A DNA stretch of 32,000 bases, taken from positions 2,834,064-2,866,063 of the forward strand of contig NC_004459.3 in assembly GCF_000039765.1 (NCBI RefSeq), in the 5' to 3' direction. The stretch is from Vibrio vulnificus CMCP6. Its GTDB lineage: Bacteria; Pseudomonadota; Gammaproteobacteria; Enterobacterales; Vibrionaceae. Shown piece by piece: positions 17,655-25,175 of this stretch; position 1 is the stretch's first letter; every line of letters starts with the position of its first letter. The notes under the pieces are model-generated. The model worked only from the letters and a program-made list of their open reading frames with translations. It was not told the origin of the DNA and ran no database searches. The translations under genes and the position numbers were made by a program.

Positions 17655-17900
17655 TGTCCCTGTTGGTGTCGAAATGGCGTAAAAACAAGAAGTTCTCTAG
17701 TGTACAGGCGAAGGGATCGTGGAGAAAGAGTCAAGATACGCTTCATCGAGGGAAATGGCGGCAGACAGCCATTTTCTGCTGAGCACCCATTTGACTGATC
17801 GCGACTTAACCGTGGCCATCTCTGCGCTTCGATTTTCTCAAATTGCGAATCAAAACCACATTTTTTGCACAAAGTGCGCGGTTTCAGCACTCAACGTCCC
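17655..17900 (-). promoter_or_regulatory. Candidate cobalamin (B12-element) riboswitch in the cobT leader
   Basis: This is a 250-nt untranslated leader. Minus-strand segments resemble conserved B12-element blocks. GAUUCG..UGAGAAAAUCGAAGC matches the GGUGAAAAUCC hairpin. GGCCACGGUUAAG matches GCCACUGUAA. AGAAAAUGGCUGUCUGCC matches the B12 box ending CCUGCC. UCCCU tracts could pair with the AGGGA SD. The match is imperfect and the canonical AGGGAA is missing. Confidence 0.45.
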
Positions 17901-17972
17901 CGAAACGGCGTTCAGATGATGGCATAGGATATGCAGGGATTATCCTGTCTCCAACACACTGAGGTACCTGTT

Positions 17973-18062
17973 ATGTTTGCCAATCAAAGTCGTAGACCGA
18001 AATCGGGTGGCAATGCGAAGCGCCCTCAGAACAATCGACAAGTTCCATTGTCGATGACCTAA
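17973..18062 (+). CDS. Candidate 29-aa basic peptide (MFANQSRRPKSGGNAKRPQNNRQVPLSMT); alternatively a small RNA
   Basis: A GAGG lies 8 nt upstream of the ATG. An internal hairpin (ATCGACA-N8-TGTCGAT) sits at the 3' end of the ORF, spanning its last codons. A strong intrinsic terminator follows 10 nt after the stop. I recognise no homologue. Confidence 0.35.
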   Translation: MFANQSRRPKSGGNAKRPQNNRQVPLSMT

Positions 18063-18071
18063 CTCCCACAC

Positions 18072-18098
18072 AGGGCCCTTTCGGGCCTTTTCTTTTGT
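18072..18098 (+). terminator. Rho-independent terminator
   Basis: AGGGCCC (18072-18078) pairs with GGGCCTT (18083-18089) across the 4-nt loop TTTC, followed by TTCTTTTG. Confidence 0.8.
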
Positions 18099-18187
18099 TA
18101 CCGCCATCAAACCCTCGAACGCTTTCCATTGCTAAACTCAAGAGAGTTCAACAAGATAACCCTCTTGATGGTTTTAGGAGCAACACG

Positions 18188-18886
18188 ATGACGATTCGTG
18201 GTGAAAACACAGCAGTCATAGTCGCTGGCGGGACAGGCCTGGTGGGGTCACAATTGATTGAACAGATCTTACCGCATGAAGCAATCAGTACACTTTACGC
18301 CTTAACTCGCCGCCAAATTACCGTCAACATTCCCCAAGCGATCAAACTTGTTAATCTGATCGAGCCCGATTTGCTCATCTCCGATTGGCCAGATGAAAGA
18401 GCGAGGCCCACGGTAGGCTTCATCTGTTTAGGAACAACCAAAAAGCAAGCCGGAAGCCAAGAGCAATTGCGTCAGATTGATGTTGAACTGGTGTGCCAAG
18501 TCGCTCAAACCATGAAATTGCTTGGTGTCACACGAGTCGCAGTGGTATCAAGCCTCGGCGCAGACGCACAATCGCGCTTCCATTACCTCAAATGTAAAGG
18601 ACAGATGGAGCGTGCTCTCATGAATATGGGCTTTGAACAGCTCGTCATCGTTCGCCCCGGCCCACTCAAGGGCCAACGCCACGCCTCGCGCAGTGATGAA
18701 AAATGGTTGCAACGCCTGATGCGCCCGTTTGTACCCTTAATGCGCGGCAAGCTCCGCAATTACACCCCTATCGATGCCAAAGAGGTCGCGCTAGCCATGC
18801 TCTATCGCGTTTTTGCACCTCATCCACAGAAAGTGGAAATTCTGCATAAAAACGAGATGGTTAAATTGCTCGAACAATACCGCTAA
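18188..18886 (+). CDS. NAD(P)H-binding Rossmann-fold oxidoreductase (atypical SDR, YraR/HTATIP2-like)
   Basis: N-terminal AGGTGLVGSQL (GxxGxxG). The ATG at 18188 has an AGGAG SD. The track start at 18095 lies in the preceding terminator's T-tract. Confidence 0.75.
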   Translation: MTIRGENTAVIVAGGTGLVGSQLIEQILPHEAISTLYALTRRQITVNIPQAIKLVNLIEPDLLISDWPDERARPTVGFICLGTTKKQAGSQEQLRQIDVELVCQVAQTMKLLGVTRVAVVSSLGADAQSRFHYLKCKGQMERALMNMGFEQLVIVRPGPLKGQRHASRSDEKWLQRLMRPFVPLMRGKLRNYTPIDAKEVALAMLYRVFAPHPQKVEILHKNEMVKLLEQYR

Positions 18887-18959
18887 ACACGGGAACTCAT
18901 TGCCAGCAAGGGCTCACAATGGTCTAATACACGCTTCGTTTGAACGCTAGGTAAGCCGA

Positions 18960-20381
18960 ATGCAGCAAGACAATCAGCCCACTTTCTTCTTTTTTGACTA
19001 TGAGACTTGGGGAACCAGTCCAGCAAAAGATCGCCCATCGCAATTTGCTAGCGTTCGTACCGATGAAAACTTCAATATCATCGGCGAACCATTGGTGATT
19101 TATTGTCGCCCACCTGCCGATTATTTACCGGCCCCCGAAGCCGCACTCATTACCGGAATTACGCCACAAAAAGCGCAGAAAGAAGGCTTACCCGAGCCAG
19201 AATTTATCGCAAAAATCCACGCAGAGTTGTCGCGTCCGAACACCACTAGCCTTGGCTACAACAGCATTCGCTTTGATGACGAAGTCACGCGTTATACCTG
19301 CTATCGCAATTTCCTCGATCCCTATTCATGGAGCTGGCAAAACGGCAATTCACGCTGGGATCTGCTTGATGTGATGCGAGCTTGTCACGCATTAAGACCG
19401 GAAGGCGTAGAATGGCCGGAAAATGAAGAAGGCTTTACCAGCTTTAAACTGGAGCACCTTTCTGTGGCCAATGGCATTGAACACAGTAACGCCCATGATG
19501 CGATGGCCGATGTGATCGCCACCATCGAAATGGCGAAAAAAGTCAAAGCCGCGCAACCCAAATTGTTTGATTACTTCTTTAGCATGCGCCATAAGCGTAA
19601 GCTCAATGAGCTGATCGATATTGTTAACATGACCCCTTTGATGCATGTCTCTGGCATGTTAGGCCGAGAATGTCAATACACCAGTTGGATTGTGCCGTTA
19701 GCTTGGCACCCGACCAACAACAATGCGGTGATTGTGGTCGACTTAGCCAAAGATCCTCAACCCCTCTTTGATTTGGATGCCGATGCGCTGCATGAGCGTC
19801 TTTACACTCGTCATGATGAGCTCGGCGATTTATTGCCTGTGCCAGTTAAATTGGTGCACTTGAATAAGTGCCCGATTTTAGCGCCAGCCAAAACCCTCAC
19901 AGCGGAGAACGCCGCCAATATCGGCATCGACCGAGAACAATGTTTGGCAAACTTAGCCCTTATTCGCCAGCATCCAGAAGTGCGAGAAAAGTTGGTGCAG
20001 CTGTTCTCAATTGAACGCGAGTTCGAGAAAAGTCATGATGTCGATACCATGCTGTACGACGGTTTCTTCTCGCCTGCCGACAAAGCCTCGATGGACATTA
20101 TCCGCCAAACCGATCCAACGCACCTTGCCGCTTTGGACATCACGTTTAACGATAAACGCATCGAGCCACTGCTGTTTCGCTACCGTGCGCGCAATTACCC
20201 ATGGACGTTGGATGAGAACGAACAGCGCCGTTGGGCGAATCATTGCCGCGAATACTTCGAAAGTCGAATTGAAGAGTACATGCTTAATTTGGAAAACTTA
20301 GTTCACGAACATGAAAGTGACGAAAAGAAAATGGCGATATTAAAATCCGTGTACCGCTATACTGAGAGCTTGATCTCATAA
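18960..20381 (+). CDS. sbcB: Exodeoxyribonuclease I
   Basis: 473 aa. The DEDDh exonuclease motif [10 protein letters not shown], then [10 protein letters not shown] and HDAMADV, are collinear with E. coli SbcB. Confidence 0.95.
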   Translation: MQQDNQPTFFFFDYETWGTSPAKDRPSQFASVRTDENFNIIGEPLVIYCRPPADYLPAPEAALITGITPQKAQKEGLPEPEFIAKIHAELSRPNTTSLGYNSIRFDDEVTRYTCYRNFLDPYSWSWQNGNSRWDLLDVMRACHALRPEGVEWPENEEGFTSFKLEHLSVANGIEHSNAHDAMADVIATIEMAKKVKAAQPKLFDYFFSMRHKRKLNELIDIVNMTPLMHVSGMLGRECQYTSWIVPLAWHPTNNNAVIVVDLAKDPQPLFDLDADALHERLYTRHDELGDLLPVPVKLVHLNKCPILAPAKTLTAENAANIGIDREQCLANLALIRQHPEVREKLVQLFSIEREFEKSHDVDTMLYDGFFSPADKASMDIIRQTDPTHLAALDITFNDKRIEPLLFRYRARNYPWTLDENEQRRWANHCREYFESRIEEYMLNLENLVHEHESDEKKMAILKSVYRYTESLIS

Positions 20382-20386
20382 TTGCT

Positions 20387-20410
20387 GGGAGCCAAAGGGC
20401 TCCCATTATA
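20387..20410 (+). terminator. Hairpin after sbcB (weak terminator)
   Basis: GGGAGCC (20387-20393) pairs with GGCTCCC (20398-20404). The trailing tract ATTATAAAAA is not T-rich. Confidence 0.4.
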
Positions 20411-20427
20411 AAAATGACTCCCTAACT

Positions 20428-20799
20428 ATGAAATTCTCCCCCAAAGATTTGTTTGGCCTTGTTCTATCATTTGGCCTTATTTTCCTAGCCCTGACGATTG
20501 GATCAGGCATTCAGCACTGGACAGGAACCTCAGTGCCAGGAAGTGTAATAGGGATGTTGGTGCTGTTCGTATCGATGGCGATTGGCTTGGTCAAAGTCGA
20601 ATGGGTCAAACCGGGCGCAAGCTTATTGATTCGCTACATGATTTTGCTTTTTGTGCCCATCAGTGTCGGGCTGATGGAGCATTTTGACATGCTCATCGCC
20701 AACGCTTTACCTATTATTGCCAGCGCGATTGGTGGTTCACTCATCGTATTAGTCAGCCTTGGTTGGCTGCTGCAGCGCATTCTTGGTAAGGAGGCGTAA
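20428..20799 (+). CDS. CidA/LrgA (YohJ-like) family small membrane protein
   Basis: 123 aa with four hydrophobic helices. It is paired with an LrgB-like gene 2 nt downstream. Confidence 0.8.
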   Translation: MKFSPKDLFGLVLSFGLIFLALTIGSGIQHWTGTSVPGSVIGMLVLFVSMAIGLVKVEWVKPGASLLIRYMILLFVPISVGLMEHFDMLIANALPIIASAIGGSLIVLVSLGWLLQRILGKEA

Positions 20800-20801
20800 T
20801 C

Positions 20802-21479
20802 ATGTGGTTACTTGTTACTATTGCCGTCTTCTTATTTGCCCGTTGGCTTGCCATCAAAATCAACAATCCTTTGGCTAACCCGCTACTGATCAGTATCGCT
20901 ATTTTGATTCCGATGTTGACGGTGTTAAAGATCCCGTTTGAAACCTATTACGCGGACAATCAATGGATCAGCTACATGTTGCAACCTGCGGTGGTCGCCC
21001 TTGCTTACCCTTTATATGAGCAGTTGCCTCAAATTAAAGCCAATTGGCGAATCATTGCCTTAGCATGCACTTTAGGCAGTGTCATGTCGATGCTCACCGC
21101 CATGCTCATTGCCGTCGCCTTCAAGGCAGACATTAGCTTGATCGCTAGCCTGCTTGGTAAGTCAGTCACAACGCCGATTGCAATGGAAATCTCAAGCCAC
21201 TTAGGAGGCGAAGCCGCCGTTGCTGCTATTCTGGTGCTGCTCGTTGGGCTGTTTGGGGCAATCCTTGCCTACCCAATCTATAACTTGCTTGGCATTAAGC
21301 ACCCTATCGCACGTGGACTCACCATGGGGACAGTTTCGCATGCACTCGGTACCGCGACCTGCGTGGAGAAAGCACCGGGCGACGCCGCCTTTTCTTCTTT
21401 AGCGTTAGTACTGTGTGGCATCATCACTTCTATTCTCGCACCAAGCTTTTTCGCCCTCGCGGTTTGGCTATACGGTTAA
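20802..21479 (+). CDS. LrgB/CidB (YohK-like) family membrane protein
   Basis: 225-aa polytopic protein. The KSVTTPIAMEIS and GTVSHALGTA motifs are typical of LrgB. Confidence 0.8.
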   Translation: MWLLVTIAVFLFARWLAIKINNPLANPLLISIAILIPMLTVLKIPFETYYADNQWISYMLQPAVVALAYPLYEQLPQIKANWRIIALACTLGSVMSMLTAMLIAVAFKADISLIASLLGKSVTTPIAMEISSHLGGEAAVAAILVLLVGLFGAILAYPIYNLLGIKHPIARGLTMGTVSHALGTATCVEKAPGDAAFSSLALVLCGIITSILAPSFFALAVWLYG

Positions 21480-21497
21480 CACCGACTTCTGACTAAG

Positions 21498-21531
21498 ACG
21501 CCCTCTTGCTTATGCTGAGGGCGTTTTTTTA
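21498..21531 (+). terminator. Rho-independent terminator
   Basis: ACGCCCTC (21498-21505) pairs with GAGGGCGT (21517-21524), followed by TTTTTTTATT. Confidence 0.85.
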
Positions 21532-21752
21532 TTCACGCTTTTATACAGTGCTATACAGTAGTTTTACTGTTCATCTTACCAATCGACTCAGCTACCAGTG
21601 ATATTCGTCACAAATCCTCATACTTATCACTACGTACCAAACGAAATATAAACCAATAAAAATCAAATAGATAACAACATATCTTTTTCATCAGACAATC
21701 AGTTTAGGTGAAAAATCCAACAAAAAGAGTTGATCAATCGCCTTAAAAAAAC

Positions 21753-21772
21753 TACTGTATACACATACAGCA
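21753..21772. promoter_or_regulatory. LexA (SOS) box overlapping the sulA promoter
   Basis: TACTGTATACACATACAGCA matches the consensus TACTGTATATATATACAGTA at 17/20, with perfect CTGT-N8-ACAG. It overlaps a candidate -10 (TACTGT, 21753-21758) placed 17 nt after the -35 TTGATC (21730-21735). Confidence 0.85.
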
Positions 21773-21791
21773 TGTATAAAGGAACAGTAAG

Positions 21792-22184
21792 ATGCAGATT
21801 CAAACTCAAACTCGACCCTATTCTCGTTTTAACGTGTTAGCTCAGCCAACCGTACCTATGAATGTTTCTGATCAGTTGTTGCAAAAGCTGGCTAATCTTT
21901 CCGCTCAAAACCAGTGGATTTTGTTTACAGCCGAGTGCCCAAGACCTGACTTTGCACAACTTACTGCTTCCAATATCCGCTGCCAGAACGTCATCCAGAT
22001 GAAAACTTCTCAGACGATGACTGAAATGGAGATCGTGATGAAAGCAATTCGCTCTGGCAATGCCGCTGCGGTTGTCGCATCCGATCAAATCGATTTGATT
22101 AACCAATCTTTGCTTAGCGATCTCGCTCGCGAGTATGGCTGTGAAGTGTTTTTCGTTGAAGGCAGAGCACACAAGTATCACTAA
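21792..22184 (+). CDS. sulA: SOS cell-division inhibitor SulA
   Basis: 130 aa. The segment NVIQMKTSQTMTEMEIVMKAIRSGNAAAVVAS aligns with E. coli SulA [32 protein letters not shown]. The C-terminus ends ..KYH, like E. coli ..LYH. A LexA box lies 20 nt upstream. Confidence 0.85.
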   Translation: MQIQTQTRPYSRFNVLAQPTVPMNVSDQLLQKLANLSAQNQWILFTAECPRPDFAQLTASNIRCQNVIQMKTSQTMTEMEIVMKAIRSGNAAAVVASDQIDLINQSLLSDLAREYGCEVFFVEGRAHKYH

Positions 22185-22213
22185 CAAGTTCAACGTTATC
22201 CATCCTGCATCTC

Positions 22214-22239
22214 GCCTCCCAAATGGGAGGCATTTTTTG
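22214..22239 (+). terminator. Rho-independent terminator
   Basis: GCCTCCC (22214-22220) pairs with GGGAGGC (22225-22231) across the loop AAAT, followed by ATTTTTTG. Confidence 0.85.
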
Positions 22240-22252
22240 TTTCGTAAAAACA

Positions 22253-22268
22253 AGGCAAACGTTTGCTT
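22253..22268. promoter_or_regulatory. PurR box upstream of purC
   Basis: AGGCAAACGTTTGCTT matches the PurR operator consensus ACGCAAACGTTTGCGT at 14/16. It lies about 120 nt upstream of the purC ATG. Confidence 0.75.
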
Positions 22269-22386
22269 TTTCTCTGGCGACTTCAAATAGTTCTGGTATC
22301 ATGCCCCGGTAATCGATGAATCCGTTAGATTTTGTTGTCCGATTCATTTCCCGCATGACGTTTGAAATTATGATAGGAATGTCAAA

Positions 22387-23490
22387 ATGAGCCTTGCTGA
22401 CCAAGTACTTGCCGTCAACGATGACCTACCCATCCGCACCGATAAACCTGTACACAGTGGAAAAGTTCGTTCTGTTTACTGGTTGACCGAAGAAGACAGT
22501 GCCCGACTGATTAAAGAGAAAGGATACAATGTTGCCCCTGACGCCCCATTGGCGATCATGGTGATCAGCGATCGTATTTCCGCTTTTGATTGCATTTGGC
22601 ATGGAGAGCACGGGTTGAATGGCGTACCGGGTAAAGGCGCTGCGCTCAATGCCATTTCAAACCATTGGTTTGGCTTGTTCAAAGAAAATGGCCTTGCTGA
22701 CAGCCACATTCTGGATATTCCACATCCTTTTGTCTGGATCGTACAGAAAGCCAAACCGGTGAAAATCGAAGCGATTTGCCGCAAGTACATTACTGGTTCA
22801 ATGTGGCGTGCTTACGAAAAAGGTGAACGTGAATTCTGTGGTATTCAGCTACCAGAAGGCTTGGAAAAAGACAAAGCATTGCCGGATCTGCTCATGACGC
22901 CATCAACAAAAGGCATTTTGAAAGGCATTCCAGGAGTTCCGGAAGCAGACGACGTTAATATCACCCGCCAAAATATCGCTGACAACTTTGCCGCGTTTAA
23001 TTTCTCTAGTGCCGACGATATCGCGCTTTACGAAAAACTGCTGAAAGACGGCTTTGGTGTGATCAGTGAAGCATTAGCAAACGTGGGGCAAATCTTTGTC
23101 GATACCAAATTTGAATTTGGTTACGTCACGGATGCGGCTGGAAATGAAAAACTGATTTACATGGATGAAGTGGGTACACCAGACTCATCACGAATTTGGG
23201 ATGCCCAAGAGTATCAAGCAGGCAAAATTGTTGAGAATTCAAAAGAAGGCTTTAGACAATTCTTGCTTAACTACTTCCCTGACCCAGATATTTTACTTAA
23301 TAAAGATCGTATGCCTGAGCGTGAAGCGCTCGCTCGCGACAACGAACTACCTGAAGAAGCGCTGATGGCAGTGTCTCGTACTTACATCAACATCGCAGAG
23401 AAAATTACCGGCAGCGCGATCGTCTTAAGCGATAATCCAAAGCAAGAAATCATCGATATCCTTGGTCGCGAATACGGTTTGATTGACTAA
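22387..23490 (+). CDS. purC: Phosphoribosylaminoimidazole-succinocarboxamide (SAICAR) synthase, long form
   Basis: 367 aa. Motifs [17 protein letters not shown] and LVDTKFEFG-like (FVDTKFEFG) are present. A PurR box lies upstream. Confidence 0.92.
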
Positions 23491-23511
23491 GTCATCGCCA
23501 ACGATTCAAAA

Positions 23512-23546
23512 CAAAAAAACGCCTGCATCGCTGCAGGCGTTTTTTC
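23512..23546. terminator. Bidirectional rho-independent terminator
   Basis: ACGCCTGCA (23519-23527) pairs with TGCAGGCGT (23532-23540). It is flanked by an A-run and a T-run and lies between convergent purC and the 134-aa ORF. Confidence 0.9.
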
Positions 23547-23563
23547 TCGTCACTTGACATTAC

Positions 23564-23968
23564 TTAATCAAACTGAGACTCACTGAGATCTTTCAAGCGG
23601 ATCACGAACACATCTTGTTCTCGGCAGTCAATTTTGCTTTCGCTGCGATTTTGAATGAAGTCGATCTGGGTGGGCTCTAGCGCATACGGCATCACTACCG
23701 TCAGCTCGTCTATCCCCTCCAGTTTTGCCAGTTTGAGTAGCGTCACCAAGTTGGATTCATCGCTACGGCGTGAAGACATGCTCTTTAAGGCGGCGTCCCA
23801 CAATCGATCTTCTGGTTCTGAAAGCTCTGCAATACTGTTCTTCCACATCACACCAAAAACTGGAGCAAAGGTGGTTAAGGCTTCTAAAAACGTCCATTTT
23901 TTACTGCATGAAGCCCCTAGAAAACTGGTGTAGTCGAATTCGACGTGTCTCTTTCCCTGTTTTTCCAT
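23564..23968 (-). CDS. Hypothetical cytoplasmic protein (134 aa)
   Basis: An intact ORF with a GGGGGA SD 4 nt before the ATG and its own terminator. It has no signal peptide and no motif I recognise. Confidence 0.55.
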   Translation of the reverse strand: MEKQGKRHVEFDYTSFLGASCSKKWTFLEALTTFAPVFGVMWKNSIAELSEPEDRLWDAALKSMSSRRSDESNLVTLLKLAKLEGIDELTVVMPYALEPTQIDFIQNRSESKIDCREQDVFVIRLKDLSESQFD

Positions 23969-24206
23969 TTTGTCCCCCGACAGATTGGCAACACAACATA
24001 CTCAATATCAGTCAAGTGTTTTGATATAGCAATAGGATATAAAACAATGGTCTTTTATGCCCTAGTTTCGAGAGGAAAAGAAATATTAAAACCAGAGTTG
24101 TAACAATCGTCACTCAGACCCTTTAACGATATGCGTCGGATTGATTAATATTTTGCGTTTAAAACAAATACCCTCCCATTTAAGAGAGGGAGAGCATCGT
24201 TTTTAC

Positions 24207-24974
24207 TTACCAGCGTACCAGCTTGAAACCGGCACCGATCCGAGTTTGATTGTGGTCATAATCGATCAGAGTTTCACCATAACCATGGTACGCCTGAATG
24301 TAGATGCCAATCAGATCATTAAAGTAAAAGGTATAGCCCACTTCTACGCCACCACGGCTGTCATCCCAATTGTAGAATCCTCGAGCATTAAATATGCCTG
24401 CCGCGCTGTAAAGCTTCATCCAAATTTCATACGGTGCGTAGTAATCTTCAATATCTCGGTTTTCTGATGTATCCCCCACCACAGACCAAAGGTGCACACC
24501 GTACTCCAACGGCCCATCCAAACGCTCTGCAGCAAGGTAGAGACGATCCCAACTACGAGATAACGCCGATGAACGACCATTAGACTCGTGCTTATAGCCC
24601 GCCTCCAAATGGTTAAAGATCAGCATATTGCTTTGATGAGCAATAAACAGCTGGGGCTTATAGTTGGTTTCTCTAAAGGGAGAAGAGATATCTGAATTGG
24701 CCAACTGCCAAAGGGATTTTTGCGTATAGGAACCCACGACGGCAGTGGCTTTATTGAATCGATAGAGGGGAACCGAAACCGAGAGCTGAAACTTCACTTC
24801 GAAGTGCTGCAAATTATCCATGCCGGAACCACTGGCTTCATAGGCTTCATCATTGATATCGGAGGTATAAGTGCCAAGCGCATAGTTATCTTCATAACTG
24901 GAAATGGTATTGAGGCTTTTCGCCTGAGCAAACAAAGGGGCGGTTAAGAGCAATGCGAGCGCTTTAAACTTCAT
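24207..24974 (-). CDS. pldA: Outer-membrane phospholipase A1 (OMPLA)
   Basis: Signal peptide MKFKALALLLTAPLFAQA. The catalytic HxSNG motif is present (YKHESNGR), along with YKPQLF and SRSWDRLY as in E. coli PldA, on a beta-barrel-type alternating pattern. At 255 aa it is shorter than E. coli PldA. Confidence 0.85.
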   Translation of the reverse strand: MKFKALALLLTAPLFAQAKSLNTISSYEDNYALGTYTSDINDEAYEASGSGMDNLQHFEVKFQLSVSVPLYRFNKATAVVGSYTQKSLWQLANSDISSPFRETNYKPQLFIAHQSNMLIFNHLEAGYKHESNGRSSALSRSWDRLYLAAERLDGPLEYGVHLWSVVGDTSENRDIEDYYAPYEIWMKLYSAAGIFNARGFYNWDDSRGGVEVGYTFYFNDLIGIYIQAYHGYGETLIDYDHNQTRIGAGFKLVRW

Positions 24975-25175
24975 TGTGTTCCTTCAGTGATAGATGCTTA
25001 GCCATTTGTTCGAGAACCGTTATTTCTCTTTCAAACACTAAACAAGGGCTTGAGCAAGTTGCCATAAAGCGGCAAATGAAAACATTCATCGCTCAATAAA
25101 GCAAATATTATTCCAGGCCAATCATTTCAAAACAAAATATCTCTCACCCACCATTAACACAATGAAACCCTTGTT

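Noticed and set aside
17645-17890. 81-aa minus-strand ORF covering the whole cobT leader
   Set aside because: It has no ribosome-binding site and odd composition, and it overlaps the cobT start. The region is better explained as an untranslated riboswitch-like leader.
17973-18098. Leader-peptide attenuator for the downstream NAD(P)-binding gene
   Set aside because: The peptide has no run of a regulatory amino acid, no alternative antiterminator pairing is obvious, and the downstream gene starts 90 nt past the terminator with its own SD.
21541-21575. Second LexA box upstream of sulA
   Set aside because: The TACAGT and TACTGT hexamers are present, but no CTGT-N8-ACAG arrangement exists on either strand. 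It is reported only as an unexplained repeat cluster.
21837-22286. 149-aa ORF antisense to sulA
   Set aside because: It is a shadow ORF on the opposite strand of a gene with clear SulA similarity, a LexA box and a terminator. It also runs through the sulA terminator.
25072-25090. Fur-box-like sequence GCAAATGAAAACATTCATC upstream of pldA
   Set aside because: It matches the 19-bp Fur consensus at only 12/19. The ATGAA-N4-TTCAT dyad also has the wrong spacing for an ARG box. The match is too weak to call.
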